Under the pieces are notes generated by a model. It did no database searches. It was not told the origin of the DNA and was given only the letters and a program-made list of their open reading frames with translations. From Caldilineae bacterium (GTDB lineage Bacteria; Chloroflexota; Anaerolineae; DTLA01), in contig JBBIHX010000013.1 in NCBI GenBank assembly GCA_037446815.1, positions 1 to 35,528 on the forward strand: a stretch of 35,528 nt of DNA. The letters are read 5' to 3'. This document shows positions 25,793-35,528 of this stretch, one piece after another (position 1 is the first letter of the stretch; every line of letters begins with the position of its first letter). A program made the translations under genes and the position numbers.

Positions 25793-26290
25793 GTGACCAA
25801 CGAAGAAATCCTGGCAAAATTGCAAGAGGCGTTCCCGGATGTCGCGCTCCGAGTCCAGACGGAGGAGACGAAGGATTTCACCCTCATCGTCCCCGCCGAG
25901 CGCCTGGTGGACGTGGCGACCCATCTCCGCGACCATCTGGGGTTTGACTACCTGTCCAACGTTACCAGTGTGGATTACCCCGACCGTTTTGAGGTTGTGT
26001 ATCACCTGTTCAGCATGAAGCGCGGCGGGGGCGTCCTCACGCTCAAGGTGCACCTGCCCGACAAGGAGCACCCGGTGGTGGACTCCGTAACGCCCATCTG
26101 GCCGGGGGCCAACTACCAGGAGCGCGAGGTGTATGACCTGATGGGCATCTCCTTCCGCAATCACCCGGACCTGCGCCGCATCATGCTGTGGGACGGCTTC
26201 CCGGGGCACCCCCTGCGGAAGGATTTTGAGAATCGGACGTACACGTACAAAGAATTGGAGCCCACCCGCCCCAAGCCGCCAAACTGGTAG
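25793..26290 (+). CDS. nuoC: NADH-quinone oxidoreductase subunit C
   Basis: FEVVYHL, EREVYDLMGI.F..HPDLRRI, GHPLRKDF. Confidence 0.95.
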   Translation: MTNEEILAKLQEAFPDVALRVQTEETKDFTLIVPAERLVDVATHLRDHLGFDYLSNVTSVDYPDRFEVVYHLFSMKRGGGVLTLKVHLPDKEHPVVDSVTPIWPGANYQEREVYDLMGISFRNHPDLRRIMLWDGFPGHPLRKDFENRTYTYKELEPTRPKPPNW

Positions 26291-26338
26291 GCGCGGCCAG
26301 GCTCATCACGCTTGATTCCGAGAAACAGCGGGGGAACA

Positions 26339-27439
26339 ATGCTAAAGACCGAGACGATCACAGTCAACATGGGGCCTCAACACCCCAGCACCCACGGCGT
26401 CTTCCGCATGATCCTGACCCTGAACGGGGAAACCATCGTGGACCTCAAGCCGATGTTCGGCTATCTCCACCGCGGGCTGGAGAAGACCAGCGAGAGCCGA
26501 ACGTACTTGCAGGCCGTCCCGTTCACCGACCGCCTGGACTACATCTGCTCCATGAGCAACAACTTCGCCTACGCGGTGGCGGTGGAGAAACTGGCGGGGA
26601 TTGAGGTGCCCCTGCGCGCCGAGTACATCCGCGTCATCATGGCGGAACTCACCCGTCTGGTCAACCACATGCTGGCCGTCGGGTTCCTGTTCAACGACCT
26701 GGGCGCGTGGTACACGCCCGTGGTCTACGCGTTCCGCGAGCGCGAGCGCATCCTGGACCTGTTTGAGATGGCGAGCGGCTCCCGCATGATGTGCAACTAC
26801 ATTCGCCCGGGCGGCGTCTCGGCCGACCTGCCGGCGGACTTCCTCCCGCTCCTGCGGAAGATGATTCCCCACCTGGAGAACTTCGTCCGCGAGATTCGGT
26901 TCTACCTGTCGGACAACGAGATATTCCGGGCCAGGGCCATAGGCGTGGGGTTCCTGCCCGCGGATGTGGCGGTGGCCTACAGCATCACCGGGCCTGTGCT
27001 GCGGGCGTCTGGCGTGAAGTACGACGTGCGCAAGGCCGAGCCGTACTCCATCTACGACCAGTTTGAGTTTGACGTGCCCACCCAGGTGGCGGGGGATGTC
27101 TACGCCCGCTATCTCCAGCGCCTGGACGAGATGGACGAGAGCCTGAAAATCCTGAGGCAGGCCGTGGAGCGCATCCCCGACGGGGAGTACGCCACCAAGG
27201 TCCCGTCGCGCCTGCGCCCGCCCAAGGGCGAAGCCTACGCCCGCATTGAGGCGCCCAAGGGCGAACTGGGGTTCTACCTGGTCAGCGACGGTTCGCCGAA
27301 CCCGTACCGCTGGCGCAACCGCCCGCCGTCGCTCATCAACCTGTCGGCGCTGCGCGAGATGTGCCTGGGGCACAAGGTGGCCGACGTGGTTACCATCCTG
27401 GGAAGCATTGACATTACCCTTGCCGATGTAGACCGCTGA
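26339..27439 (+). CDS. nuoD: NADH-quinone oxidoreductase subunit D
   Basis: [38 protein letters not shown] end. Confidence 0.95.
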   Translation: MLKTETITVNMGPQHPSTHGVFRMILTLNGETIVDLKPMFGYLHRGLEKTSESRTYLQAVPFTDRLDYICSMSNNFAYAVAVEKLAGIEVPLRAEYIRVIMAELTRLVNHMLAVGFLFNDLGAWYTPVVYAFRERERILDLFEMASGSRMMCNYIRPGGVSADLPADFLPLLRKMIPHLENFVREIRFYLSDNEIFRARAIGVGFLPADVAVAYSITGPVLRASGVKYDVRKAEPYSIYDQFEFDVPTQVAGDVYARYLQRLDEMDESLKILRQAVERIPDGEYATKVPSRLRPPKGEAYARIEAPKGELGFYLVSDGSPNPYRWRNRPPSLINLSALREMCLGHKVADVVTILGSIDITLADVDR

Positions 27440-27449
27440 TGGGGGAGAT

Positions 27450-28637
27450 ATGCAAGTTCTAGATGACCTCTGGATACGAATCGCACAGTGGTTCCGCGGC
27501 GTCCTGGAGTCGTTCCTGCCGCCTTGGGCCGTACAGTTGACGATGGATTTGCTGGGCATCGTGCTGCTCCTTGCGTTCGGCGTGGTCGTCGTGCTCGTGT
27601 TCACGTACATGGAGCGCAAGGTCATCGCCCGGGTGGGAGACCGCCTCGGCCCCAACCGCGCCGGGCCGTTCGGCGTCTTGCAGGCCTTCGCCGACGCCAT
27701 CAAGATGCTCACGAAGGAGGATGTTACGCCGACGAACGCCGACCGTTGGCTGTTCCTGGCCGCGCCAATCATCGTCATCATCCCCGCCGTGCTGCTGTAC
27801 GCCGTGCTCCCCTTTGGGCGCGGGATGGTGGGGGTGGACCTCAGCATCGCCGTCGTGTTCGTTGTGGCGATGGGGGGCATTCCCATCCTGTCCATGCTGA
27901 TGGCCGGCTGGGCCTCCAACAACAAGTATGCGCTCCTAGGCGGGTTCCGAACCGTGGCGCAACTCATCAGTTACGAGATTCCGATGGTGGTGGCGCTGCT
28001 CACTGTGGTTCTGCTGGCCGGCACCATGTCCACCGTCGGCATCGTGGAGGCGCAGGCGTCGTTCCCGTTTGCCCTGGTAACGCCCGCGGCCTTCATCGTG
28101 TACATGGTAGCGGGGCTTGCGGAATTGAACCGCACGCCCTTTGACCTGCTGGAGGCGGACTCGGAGATTGTGGCCGGCTACTTCATTGAGTACAGCGGCA
28201 TGAAGTTCGCCATGTTCTTCCTCGCCGAGTTCATCAACCTGTTCATGGTAGCGGGCATGATCACCACCCTGTTCTTGGCGGGATGGCAGTGGCCCATTCT
28301 CCCCTCGTGGCTGTGGTTCCTCATCAAGACGGTCGCGGTGATTTTCGTGATTATGTGGATTCGTTCCACAATCCCGCGCTTCCGCATTGATCAGATGCTG
28401 AGTTTCGCGTGGAAGGCGCTTGTGCCGGTGTCGCTGGTCAACCTGTTCCTGGTCGCGCTCGTGGCGAAGTTGCTAGCGCCGGGCTGGGCGCGCACGGGCG
28501 TGCTGTTCGTGAGCAACCTGGCGCTGCTTGCGGGGGCCATGGCCATCATGCAGTACAACGCGCGCAAGCAGGAGCAGCGGGCGCGGGCCGCGGGCGAAGC
28601 CGCCATCAAGCGCTATTACGGCAGCGAGGTTCGTTGA
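27450..28637 (+). CDS. nuoH: NADH-quinone oxidoreductase subunit H
   Basis: ERKV..R.GPNRAGPFG.LQ..AD.IK..KE, SNNKYALLGG, NRTPFDL.EADSE. Confidence 0.95.
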   Translation: MQVLDDLWIRIAQWFRGVLESFLPPWAVQLTMDLLGIVLLLAFGVVVVLVFTYMERKVIARVGDRLGPNRAGPFGVLQAFADAIKMLTKEDVTPTNADRWLFLAAPIIVIIPAVLLYAVLPFGRGMVGVDLSIAVVFVVAMGGIPILSMLMAGWASNNKYALLGGFRTVAQLISYEIPMVVALLTVVLLAGTMSTVGIVEAQASFPFALVTPAAFIVYMVAGLAELNRTPFDLLEADSEIVAGYFIEYSGMKFAMFFLAEFINLFMVAGMITTLFLAGWQWPILPSWLWFLIKTVAVIFVIMWIRSTIPRFRIDQMLSFAWKALVPVSLVNLFLVALVAKLLAPGWARTGVLFVSNLALLAGAMAIMQYNARKQEQRARAAGEAAIKRYYGSEVR

Positions 28638-28644
28638 GGTGGAT

Positions 28645-29175
28645 ATGTACGGGAAGGGCATCGCCAAGGGCCTCTGGGTTACCCTGAAGCACATCTGGGG
28701 AACCTACGCCAAAGACATCAAGAAGTTTCCCCGACGCTACGCCCCTGGCGGCATCGCCAAGCGTACCGAGTACGACCTGTACGGGCTGTTCACGCTCCAG
28801 TATCCGGAGGAGCGATATGAGATGTTCCCGCGGTTTCGCGGGGCGCTCATGCACCTGCGCAATCCGGAGACCGGCGAGCCGAATTGCACGGCGTGCGGCG
28901 CTTGCGAGCGGGCTTGCCCCCACGGCGTCATCACCGTAGAGGGCGAGGGTAAGGGGAAAGACCGCAAAGTTACAGCCTACCGGTACGACCTGGGCCGCTG
29001 CATCTTCTGCCGCCTGTGTGTGGAGTCGTGCAACTTCAACGCCATTGAGATGAGCCGCGAGTACGAACTCTCGCGCTACAAGAAGGACTTCATTCTGGAG
29101 TTGGACGACTTGCTGAAGATCGGCGACAAGTACGGCATCCACAAGACCGGTGAGGCGTGGGGGGTTACGGAATGA
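28645..29175 (+). CDS. nuoI: NADH-quinone oxidoreductase subunit I
   Basis: TLQYPEE, CTACGACERACP and CIFCRLCVESC 4Fe-4S motifs. Confidence 0.93.
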   Translation: MYGKGIAKGLWVTLKHIWGTYAKDIKKFPRRYAPGGIAKRTEYDLYGLFTLQYPEERYEMFPRFRGALMHLRNPETGEPNCTACGACERACPHGVITVEGEGKGKDRKVTAYRYDLGRCIFCRLCVESCNFNAIEMSREYELSRYKKDFILELDDLLKIGDKYGIHKTGEAWGVTE

Positions 29176-29663
29176 GCCTGCCGCAGATCGTTTTTCTCGC
29201 AGTCGGACTGATTACCTTGGGGGCGGCGGTGGCCGTGGTAACCAGCCGCAACGTGCTCCACAGCGCGTTCCTGCTGGCGCTGACGTTTTTCGGCGTGGCC
29301 GTGCTCTACGTGCTGCTGGATACGCCGTACCTGGCGGCCGCCCAGGTGCTGGTGTACATCGGCGCCGTCTCGGTGCTCATTATCTTCGCCATCATGCTGA
29401 GCCGCAAGGTGGCCGCGCCTGATTTGGTGCAGCGCAATAGCCAGTGGCTCCTGGCGCTCATCGTGGCGGTGCTGCTGTTCGGGGCGCTGGCCTACCTCAC
29501 GCTCCAGGCGGCCTGGCCCGCGGCCAAGCAGGCGCTGGGCGTGGATGCCATCGGCGGGCTGGGGCAGGCGTTCGTGGGCACCTACGCCTTGCCGTTTGAG
29601 GTGGTGTCGGTCGTCTTGCTGGTGGCCCTGGTCGGCGCCATCATCATCGCGCGCGAGCGATAG
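29172..29663 (+). CDS. nuoJ: NADH-quinone oxidoreductase subunit J
   Basis: QVLVYIGAVSVL, LPFEVVS. Confidence 0.93.
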   Translation: MSLPQIVFLAVGLITLGAAVAVVTSRNVLHSAFLLALTFFGVAVLYVLLDTPYLAAAQVLVYIGAVSVLIIFAIMLSRKVAAPDLVQRNSQWLLALIVAVLLFGALAYLTLQAAWPAAKQALGVDAIGGLGQAFVGTYALPFEVVSVVLLVALVGAIIIARER

Positions 29664-29676
29664 CGGGAGTAGCCAT

Positions 29677-29985
29677 ATGATTCCTCTGTCCTGGTTTCTA
29701 ATCCTGGGGGCGGCGCTGTTCTGCATCGGCATGTACGGCGTCCTGTCCCGCCGCAACGCCATCGGCATTCTGATGGGCGTGGAACTCATCCTGAACGCCG
29801 TGAACGTGAACCTGATTGCCTTCTGGCGCTATCGGACGCCCGATCACCTGACGGGCTTGGTGTTTGCGGTGTTCGTCATGGCCATCGCCGCCGCCGAGGC
29901 CGCGGTCGGCTTGGCGCTCATCATCGCCATCTACCGCACGCGCAACACTGTGATCGTGGAAGATGTGGATTTGCTGAAAATGTAA
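29677..29985 (+). CDS. nuoK: NADH-quinone oxidoreductase subunit K
   Basis: LMGVELILNAVN, AAAEAAVGLA. Confidence 0.95.
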   Translation: MIPLSWFLILGAALFCIGMYGVLSRRNAIGILMGVELILNAVNVNLIAFWRYRTPDHLTGLVFAVFVMAIAAAEAAVGLALIIAIYRTRNTVIVEDVDLLKM

Positions 29986-29990
29986 GCAGG

Positions 29991-30102
29991 AGCCATTAGC
30001 CTCTAGCCCTTGGCCTTTAGCCCCTAGCCCTTGGTTGGCAGTGGGACTAATGGCTCTATCGGCCAAAGGCTAAAGGCTAACGGCTAACGGCTAGAGGCTA
30101 AC
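29991..30102. repeat. 7-nt periodic tandem repeat and its inverse between nuoK and nuoL
   Basis: (TAGCCNN)n followed by (GGCTAAN)n. Confidence 0.85.
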
Positions 30103-30123
30103 CGTCCGAACATCCAAGCGGGA

Positions 30124-32181
30124 GTGAACTCACCGATGACAGAACTGTTTGACTGGGTACGACTGATACCGCTCTTTCCGTTTCTGGCGTTCGCGATCAT
30201 CCTGCTGTTCACCCAGCGCAACCAGAAACTGAGCACGTATCTGGCGTGGGTCGGGATCGGGCTGGCGTGGATTCTGGGCTGGACGATTGCCTTCCGCGCC
30301 ATGGCCGATCCGCATGTCCTGGAAGAGGGATTCCGCGCGCCCATCTTCGCCATCCCGACGGGGCGCGGCCTTCTGGAACTGGGCTTCCAGGTGGACGCCC
30401 TCACAACGGCCATGCTGTTCATGGTTCCGTTCGTGTGCCTGATGATCTTCATCTACTCCAAAGGGTACATGCACGGCGACCCGCGCTACTCGCGGTTCTT
30501 CGCCTACGTCTCGCTGTTCGCTACGGGCATGCTCGGTCTCATCGTGTCCGATAACTTGCTGCTGCTGTACATCTTCTGGGAAGTCATGGGGCTGTGCTCC
30601 TACCTGCTCATCGGGTTCTGGTTTGAGAAGCCGTCGGCGATGAAGGCGGGGCTGAAGGCGTTCATCACCACGCGCATCGGCGATGTTATCATGTTCCTGG
30701 GCATGCTCCTGCTGTACTCCACGACGGGCACGCTCAGTTTCCACGAGATTTTCTCGGAGGAGACGCTCCACTTCCTGAAGGAGACGATGGTCTGGGTGCC
30801 GCTGGTGGGCACGGTGCCGGTGGCGCCTGTGATCGCGATCCTTCTGTTCGGCGGGGCGGTGGGCAAGTCGGCCCAGTTCCCGCTACACGTGTGGCTTCCC
30901 GACGCCATGGAAGGCCCCACGCCGGTCTCGGCCCTCATCCATGCGGCCACGATGGTGTCGGCGGGCGTGTACCTGGTAGCCCGCATGTTCCCCATCTTCG
31001 CGCTGCTGCCCGAGACGGCGTCCATGTCGGTTGTCGCCTTCATCGGCGGGTTCACGGCGCTGTTTGCGGCGACCATCGCCCTGGCGCAGGACGACATCAA
31101 GCGCGTGCTGGCCTACTCCACCATCAGCCAACTGGGCTACATGATTGCGGCGCTGGGCGTGGGCGCGTATGTGGCGGCCACGTTCCACCTCATTACCCAC
31201 GCCTTCTTCAAGGCGCTGCTGTTCCTCGGCTCCGGCTCTGTGATTCACGGCGCGGGGACGCAGGACATGATGGAGATGGGCGGCCTGCGCAAGAAGATGC
31301 CCATCACGTTCTGGACGTTCCTGGTGGGCATGTTGGCGCTGGCGGGGGTTCCGCCCTTCGCGGGCTTCTGGAGCAAGGACGAAATCCTGGCCCACGCCTT
31401 TGAGGAGTTCCTGCACAAGGGCGTGGCGTCGTGGCCGTTCTTCGTGTGGCTGGTGCTGTCGCTGGGCGCGCTGCTGACGGCGTTCTACATGGCGCGGCAG
31501 GTGTTCCTCACCTTCTACGGCGAGACCCGCTCGCATCACATGCACGCCCACGAAAGCCCGAAGGTGATGACCTACCCGCTCATCGCCCTGGCGGTCTTCG
31601 CGGCCTTGCTCGGGTTCGCGGGCGTCCCGGAGGAGTTCCCGGTGCTGGGGCCGCTGTTCGGGCACAACTTCTTCCATCACGTGGTGGGCCACGCCTACCC
31701 GGCCACGCCGCTGAATTGGGGCGTGATGGGGCTGTCGGTGCTGCTGGCGCTGACGGGCCTGTTCTTGGGGTGGGTGGTGTACGGGCGCAACCCGCTGAAG
31801 CACGGCCAGCCCGACCCGTTGACCAAATTGGGGCCGATGTACACGCTGCTGCGCAACAAGTACTACATTGACGAGTTCTACAGCAAGGTCATCGTGCGGC
31901 CTGCCGTGGCCCTTGCCACCCTGCTGTTCCGCTTTGACAACTCGTGGGTGGTGGATCCGTTCGTCAACCTGGTGGGCAAAGTCGGCGTCTGGCTGTCGGA
32001 CCTGGGGCGCATCTTTGACCTGAACATCATAGACGGCATCGTCAACGGCGTGGCGGCCGTAACCGCGTGGTTCGGCAAGATTCTGCGCCTGACCCAGACC
32101 GGCAAGGCCCAGAACTACTTGCTGGTCGCCGTGTTGACGGTCCTGTTGTTGCTGGGATTGTATCTCTACCTGCCCATGTAG
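30124..32181 (+). CDS. nuoL: NADH-quinone oxidoreductase subunit L
   Basis: WEVMGLCSYLLIGFW, GKSAQFPLHVWLPDAMEGPTPVSALIHAATMV, HAFFKALLFL; start 30124 or 30136. Confidence 0.95.
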   Translation: MNSPMTELFDWVRLIPLFPFLAFAIILLFTQRNQKLSTYLAWVGIGLAWILGWTIAFRAMADPHVLEEGFRAPIFAIPTGRGLLELGFQVDALTTAMLFMVPFVCLMIFIYSKGYMHGDPRYSRFFAYVSLFATGMLGLIVSDNLLLLYIFWEVMGLCSYLLIGFWFEKPSAMKAGLKAFITTRIGDVIMFLGMLLLYSTTGTLSFHEIFSEETLHFLKETMVWVPLVGTVPVAPVIAILLFGGAVGKSAQFPLHVWLPDAMEGPTPVSALIHAATMVSAGVYLVARMFPIFALLPETASMSVVAFIGGFTALFAATIALAQDDIKRVLAYSTISQLGYMIAALGVGAYVAATFHLITHAFFKALLFLGSGSVIHGAGTQDMMEMGGLRKKMPITFWTFLVGMLALAGVPPFAGFWSKDEILAHAFEEFLHKGVASWPFFVWLVLSLGALLTAFYMARQVFLTFYGETRSHHMHAHESPKVMTYPLIALAVFAALLGFAGVPEEFPVLGPLFGHNFFHHVVGHAYPATPLNWGVMGLSVLLALTGLFLGWVVYGRNPLKHGQPDPLTKLGPMYTLLRNKYYIDEFYSKVIVRPAVALATLLFRFDNSWVVDPFVNLVGKVGVWLSDLGRIFDLNIIDGIVNGVAAVTAWFGKILRLTQTGKAQNYLLVAVLTVLLLLGLYLYLPM

Positions 32182-32258
32182 TGATTTCCTGGCGCGCGTA
32201 ACAAGTTGACAACTTGTCCTACACCGAGAACTTGTGGGGAACCGAGGAGGAAGCATAG

Positions 32259-33761
32259 ATGGATTTTCCCATACTGACCGTGATCACGTTCGTACCGCTG
32301 CTGGGCAGCCTCATCGTCCTGTGCATGCCCAAGGAGAGGGAGCGGCTCATCAAGCAGTTCTCCATCGCCGTTTCCTTCATCCCGCTCATCCTGTCCATCT
32401 TGCTGTGGGTCAATCTGGACAAGGACGCGGGCATCCAGTTTGAGGAACTGGTGGCCTGGATTCCGGCGATTCACGTGAACTACCACGTGGGGGCCGACGG
32501 GCTGAGCGTTCCGCTCATCTTCCTCACGGCATTGCTGACGACGCTGTCGCTCTTCTACTCGTCGTTTACCATCAAGAACAGGGTCAAGGAGTTCTTCTTC
32601 CTGTTCTTGTTGCTGGAAATGGGGATGTTCGGCGTGTTCGTGTCGCTGGACTTCGTGCTGTTCTACGTGTTCTGGGAGATCGGCCTGGTGCCCATGTACT
32701 TCCTCATCGGGGTGTGGGGCGGGCCGCGCCGAGAGTACGCCGCCATCAAGTTCTTCCTCTACACGCTGGTGGGCAGCGTGGCCATGCTGTTGGCGATTAT
32801 CGGCATCTACCTGAACACGGGCACGTTTGACATCATCCAGGCGGCGGCGCTGCGTCCGTTCGTGGAGAACTTCACGCTGGGGGCGCTGGCGTTCTGGGCC
32901 ATCTTCCTGGCCTTCGCCATCAAGGTGCCCATGTTCCCGTTCCACACCTGGCTTCCGGATGCTCACGTAGAGGCGCCCACGGCGGGCAGCGTGATCCTTG
33001 CCGGCATCCTGCTGAAGTTGGGCTGCTACGGCTTCTTCCGCATCCTGCTGCCCATGTTCCCGGAGCAGTTCCACTACTTCGCGCCCGTGGTGGCCGTGCT
33101 GGCCGTGATTAGCATTGTGTACGGCGCGATGGTCTCCATGGCGCAGTGGGACCTCAAGAAACTCATCGCCTACTCCTCGGTGAGCCACATGGGATACGTG
33201 ATGCTGGGCCTGGCCGCGGCGGCGTTTGCGCTGGGTTCCAAGGACATGCTCACGAGCCAGGCGATTGCCATGAACGGCGCGGTGTTCCAGATGTTCAACC
33301 ACGGGATTATCACGGGCGCGTTGTTCTTCCTCGTCGGCGTCATCTACGAGCGCGCCCACACCCGCGACCTGAAGGCCTTCGGCGGCCTCGCCAGCAAGGT
33401 CCCGTACTACTACGGCATCATGTTGGTGGCGGGTTTGGCGTCGCTGGGGCTGCCCGGCTTGGCGGGGTTCTGGGGCGAGTTCTTCGTGTTCCGCGGGACG
33501 TTCGCCATCGCGCCGGTGTATGCGGCCGTGGGCGTCATCGGCATTGTGTTCACCGCCGCGTACATCCTGTGGAAGGTGATTCAGCACGTGTTCCTGGGCC
33601 CCTTCAACGAGAAGTGGGCAGACCTTCGCGATATGGATACCTATGAGAAGATCACGCTGTGGCCGCTGGTGGGCTTCATGGTGCTGTTCGGCCTGTACCC
33701 GCCGCTGATTGTGGACACGATCAACGCGGCGATGACGCGGTTGCTGTCCGGGCTTATGTAG
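32259..33761 (+). CDS. nuoM: NADH-quinone oxidoreductase subunit M
   Basis: FYVFWE, KFFLYT, KVPMFPFHTWLPDAHVEAPT, AYSSVSHMG. Confidence 0.95.
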   Translation: MDFPILTVITFVPLLGSLIVLCMPKERERLIKQFSIAVSFIPLILSILLWVNLDKDAGIQFEELVAWIPAIHVNYHVGADGLSVPLIFLTALLTTLSLFYSSFTIKNRVKEFFFLFLLLEMGMFGVFVSLDFVLFYVFWEIGLVPMYFLIGVWGGPRREYAAIKFFLYTLVGSVAMLLAIIGIYLNTGTFDIIQAAALRPFVENFTLGALAFWAIFLAFAIKVPMFPFHTWLPDAHVEAPTAGSVILAGILLKLGCYGFFRILLPMFPEQFHYFAPVVAVLAVISIVYGAMVSMAQWDLKKLIAYSSVSHMGYVMLGLAAAAFALGSKDMLTSQAIAMNGAVFQMFNHGIITGALFFLVGVIYERAHTRDLKAFGGLASKVPYYYGIMLVAGLASLGLPGLAGFWGEFFVFRGTFAIAPVYAAVGVIGIVFTAAYILWKVIQHVFLGPFNEKWADLRDMDTYEKITLWPLVGFMVLFGLYPPLIVDTINAAMTRLLSGLM

Positions 33762-33777
33762 GGACGCGGCCGGGGGC

Positions 33778-33971
33778 GAGATTCTTCGCTTCGCTCGGAA
33801 TGACAGATGGGGGCGGGGGTTCTCGCTCCGCGTGGGATGGCAAGACGGTTTGTGTCATGCTGAGCGGCGGAGCCGCGAAGCATCTCGGGAGGCGAGATTC
33901 TTCGCTTCGCTCAGAGATTCTTCGCTTCGCTCAGAATGACAGATGGGGGGCGGGGGCTCTCGCTCCGCGTG
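33778..33971. repeat. REP-like direct repeats between nuoM and nuoN
   Basis: 57/58-bp near-identical copies at 33778-33834 and 33914-33971; tandem 20-mer GAGATTCTTCGCTTCGCTCA at 33894-33933. Confidence 0.88.
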
Positions 33972-34011
33972 AAATCAGAAGGGACGCACCATCGTTTGTG
34001 GAGGGTGTGCA

Positions 34012-35478
34012 TTGAACCTGCTAGGTCTTCTTTCGCCGGAGTTGATATTGCTGGCCACCGGGCTGGTGGTGCTCTTCCTGGACATGGCCTTCCACGGCAA
34101 GCAGGGGCGGCGCGAGTGGTTGCCCTTCGTCGCCATCGCCGGCCTGGTCGTGTTCCTCATCGCCACCTCGTTCCTGTGGGGCGCGCACGAGTCCCTACTG
34201 AGCGACATGATGGCCGTGGACAGTTTCGCGCTGTTCTTCAAGGTCGTGGCGGGCCTGGCCACCCTGCTGGTCATCCTGGCGTCGTGGGACTACTTCCGGG
34301 GCAAGACGCCCTACGAAGGCGAGTTCTACGCGCTGTTGGTGCTCGCCGCGCTGGCCATTACCCTGGCCGCTGCGTCTACCGACCTCATCATGGTCTACCT
34401 GTCCATGGAGTTCCTGAGCATCGGCTCCTACATCCTGGTGGGCTACCTGCGCGACGATCCCAAGTCCAACGAGGGCGCCATCAAGTACTTCCTGTACGGC
34501 GCGGTCGCGTCGGGGATTATGCTGTACGGCATGTCGCTGGTGTACGGCGTAACGGGCACGACGAACCTGGCGCAGATTGCCGCGACCTTCGCGGCGGGGA
34601 AGCTCACGGGCGAGATGCTGTGGCTCATGCTGCCGGCGCTGATCATGCTCCTGGCGGGCTTCGGGTTCAAAATCGCGCTCGTGCCCTTCCACCAGTGGTC
34701 GCCGGATGCCTACGAGGGCGCGCCGACGCCGGTTACCGCCTTCCTTTCGGTGGGGCCCAAGGCGGCGGGGTTTGCCATCCTGATGCGCGTCTTCCTGGCT
34801 GCGTTCCCGGCGTTCCAGTTGGATTGGGCGGCTGTGCTGGCGGCCATCTCCATGATTACCATGACGTTGGGCAATGTGGTGGCCCTGAAGCAGACCAACA
34901 TCAAGCGCATGTTGGCCTACTCCAGCATCGCCCACGCGGGGTATATCCTCATCGGGTTCGCGTCGGTGGCGCTGGACTCACCTAGCCTGTTCAACGGCGT
35001 CAACGGCGTGCTGCTGTACCTGCTGGGCTATCTGTTCAGCAACGTGGGCATCTTCGTCGCGGTCATCGCCTTTGAGAACGCCACCGGCTCCAATCAGATT
35101 CCGGACTACGCCGGCCTCATCAAGCGGTCGCCGTGGCTGGCGGGCACGCTGTTCGTGCTGCTGCTGTCGCTCACGGGCATCCCGGCGACGGCGGGATTCC
35201 TGGGCAAGTTCTTCGTGTTCGCGGCGGCCATCAACATGCAGTTCTACGTGCTGGCGCTGGTGGGCATTGTGAACAGCGTCGTGGCGGCGTTCTACTATCT
35301 GAACGTGGCGCGGTACATGTTCTTCGTGCCGTCGGAGCAGGAGTCGCGCGTAGTTATCGCTCCGGCGCTGGCCGTCGCGCTGGGCGTCGCGACGGTCGCC
35401 ACGCTGGTTATCGGGCTGTATCCGCAGCCGTTCATTGAGTTCGCGAACCAGTCGGTGCGGCTTCTGGGCGTGTTCTAG
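34012..35478 (+). CDS. nuoN: NADH-quinone oxidoreductase subunit N
   Basis: EGAIKYFLYG, FKIALVPFHQWSPDAYEGAPTP, KRMLAYSSIAHAGY; TTG start after GGAGG. Confidence 0.95.
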   Translation: MNLLGLLSPELILLATGLVVLFLDMAFHGKQGRREWLPFVAIAGLVVFLIATSFLWGAHESLLSDMMAVDSFALFFKVVAGLATLLVILASWDYFRGKTPYEGEFYALLVLAALAITLAAASTDLIMVYLSMEFLSIGSYILVGYLRDDPKSNEGAIKYFLYGAVASGIMLYGMSLVYGVTGTTNLAQIAATFAAGKLTGEMLWLMLPALIMLLAGFGFKIALVPFHQWSPDAYEGAPTPVTAFLSVGPKAAGFAILMRVFLAAFPAFQLDWAAVLAAISMITMTLGNVVALKQTNIKRMLAYSSIAHAGYILIGFASVALDSPSLFNGVNGVLLYLLGYLFSNVGIFVAVIAFENATGSNQIPDYAGLIKRSPWLAGTLFVLLLSLTGIPATAGFLGKFFVFAAAINMQFYVLALVGIVNSVVAAFYYLNVARYMFFVPSEQESRVVIAPALAVALGVATVATLVIGLYPQPFIEFANQSVRLLGVF

Positions 35479-35528
35479 TCGGGCGTGCGCCCCCGCGAGG
35501 GGCGGTAACCGCGAGTAGACGCGCCCCC

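Noticed and set aside
25203..27439. Group 4 NiFe hydrogenase instead of complex I
   Set aside because: The D subunit lacks both CxxC Ni-binding motifs and has the quinone-site HPSTHG and DRLDY motifs.

Overview
GC-rich bacterial chromosomal window. Gene content and repeat style suggest Chloroflexota (Anaerolineae-like), which is an inference. Four blocks. (1) 250-10404 (+): an atypical OmpR-type regulator, then a c-di-GMP-I riboswitch, an unannotated 18-aa ORF ending in SVNWG, two secreted S8 peptidases with C-terminal (SVNWG)n tails, a membrane protein with TM-GGDEF-TM-HD-GYP architecture, a small HTH protein and a hybrid histidine kinase. (2) 11080-18720 (-): sulfur and selenium trafficking genes: dsrE-like, tusA, an iscU-DUF59 fusion, an IscS homolog lacking its PLP lysine, a selenocysteine-containing selD, DUF3343, a class V aminotransferase, yedF/tusA-like and yedE. 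(3) 19298-24609 (+): four secreted, membrane or hypothetical proteins. (4) 24808-35478 (+): an 11-gene complex I-like operon nuoABCDHIJKLMN without nuoEFG. Intergenic regions carry many REP/MITE-like repeats. Two candidate undescribed systems stand out. (a) A selenocysteine-sensing attenuator upstream of yedE: a leader peptide with in-frame UGA plus SECIS-like hairpin, and mutually exclusive antiterminator and terminator. (b) A c-di-GMP-controlled SVNWG peptide/protease/receptor module. All structures were paired by eye, no searches were run, and novelty is unverified.
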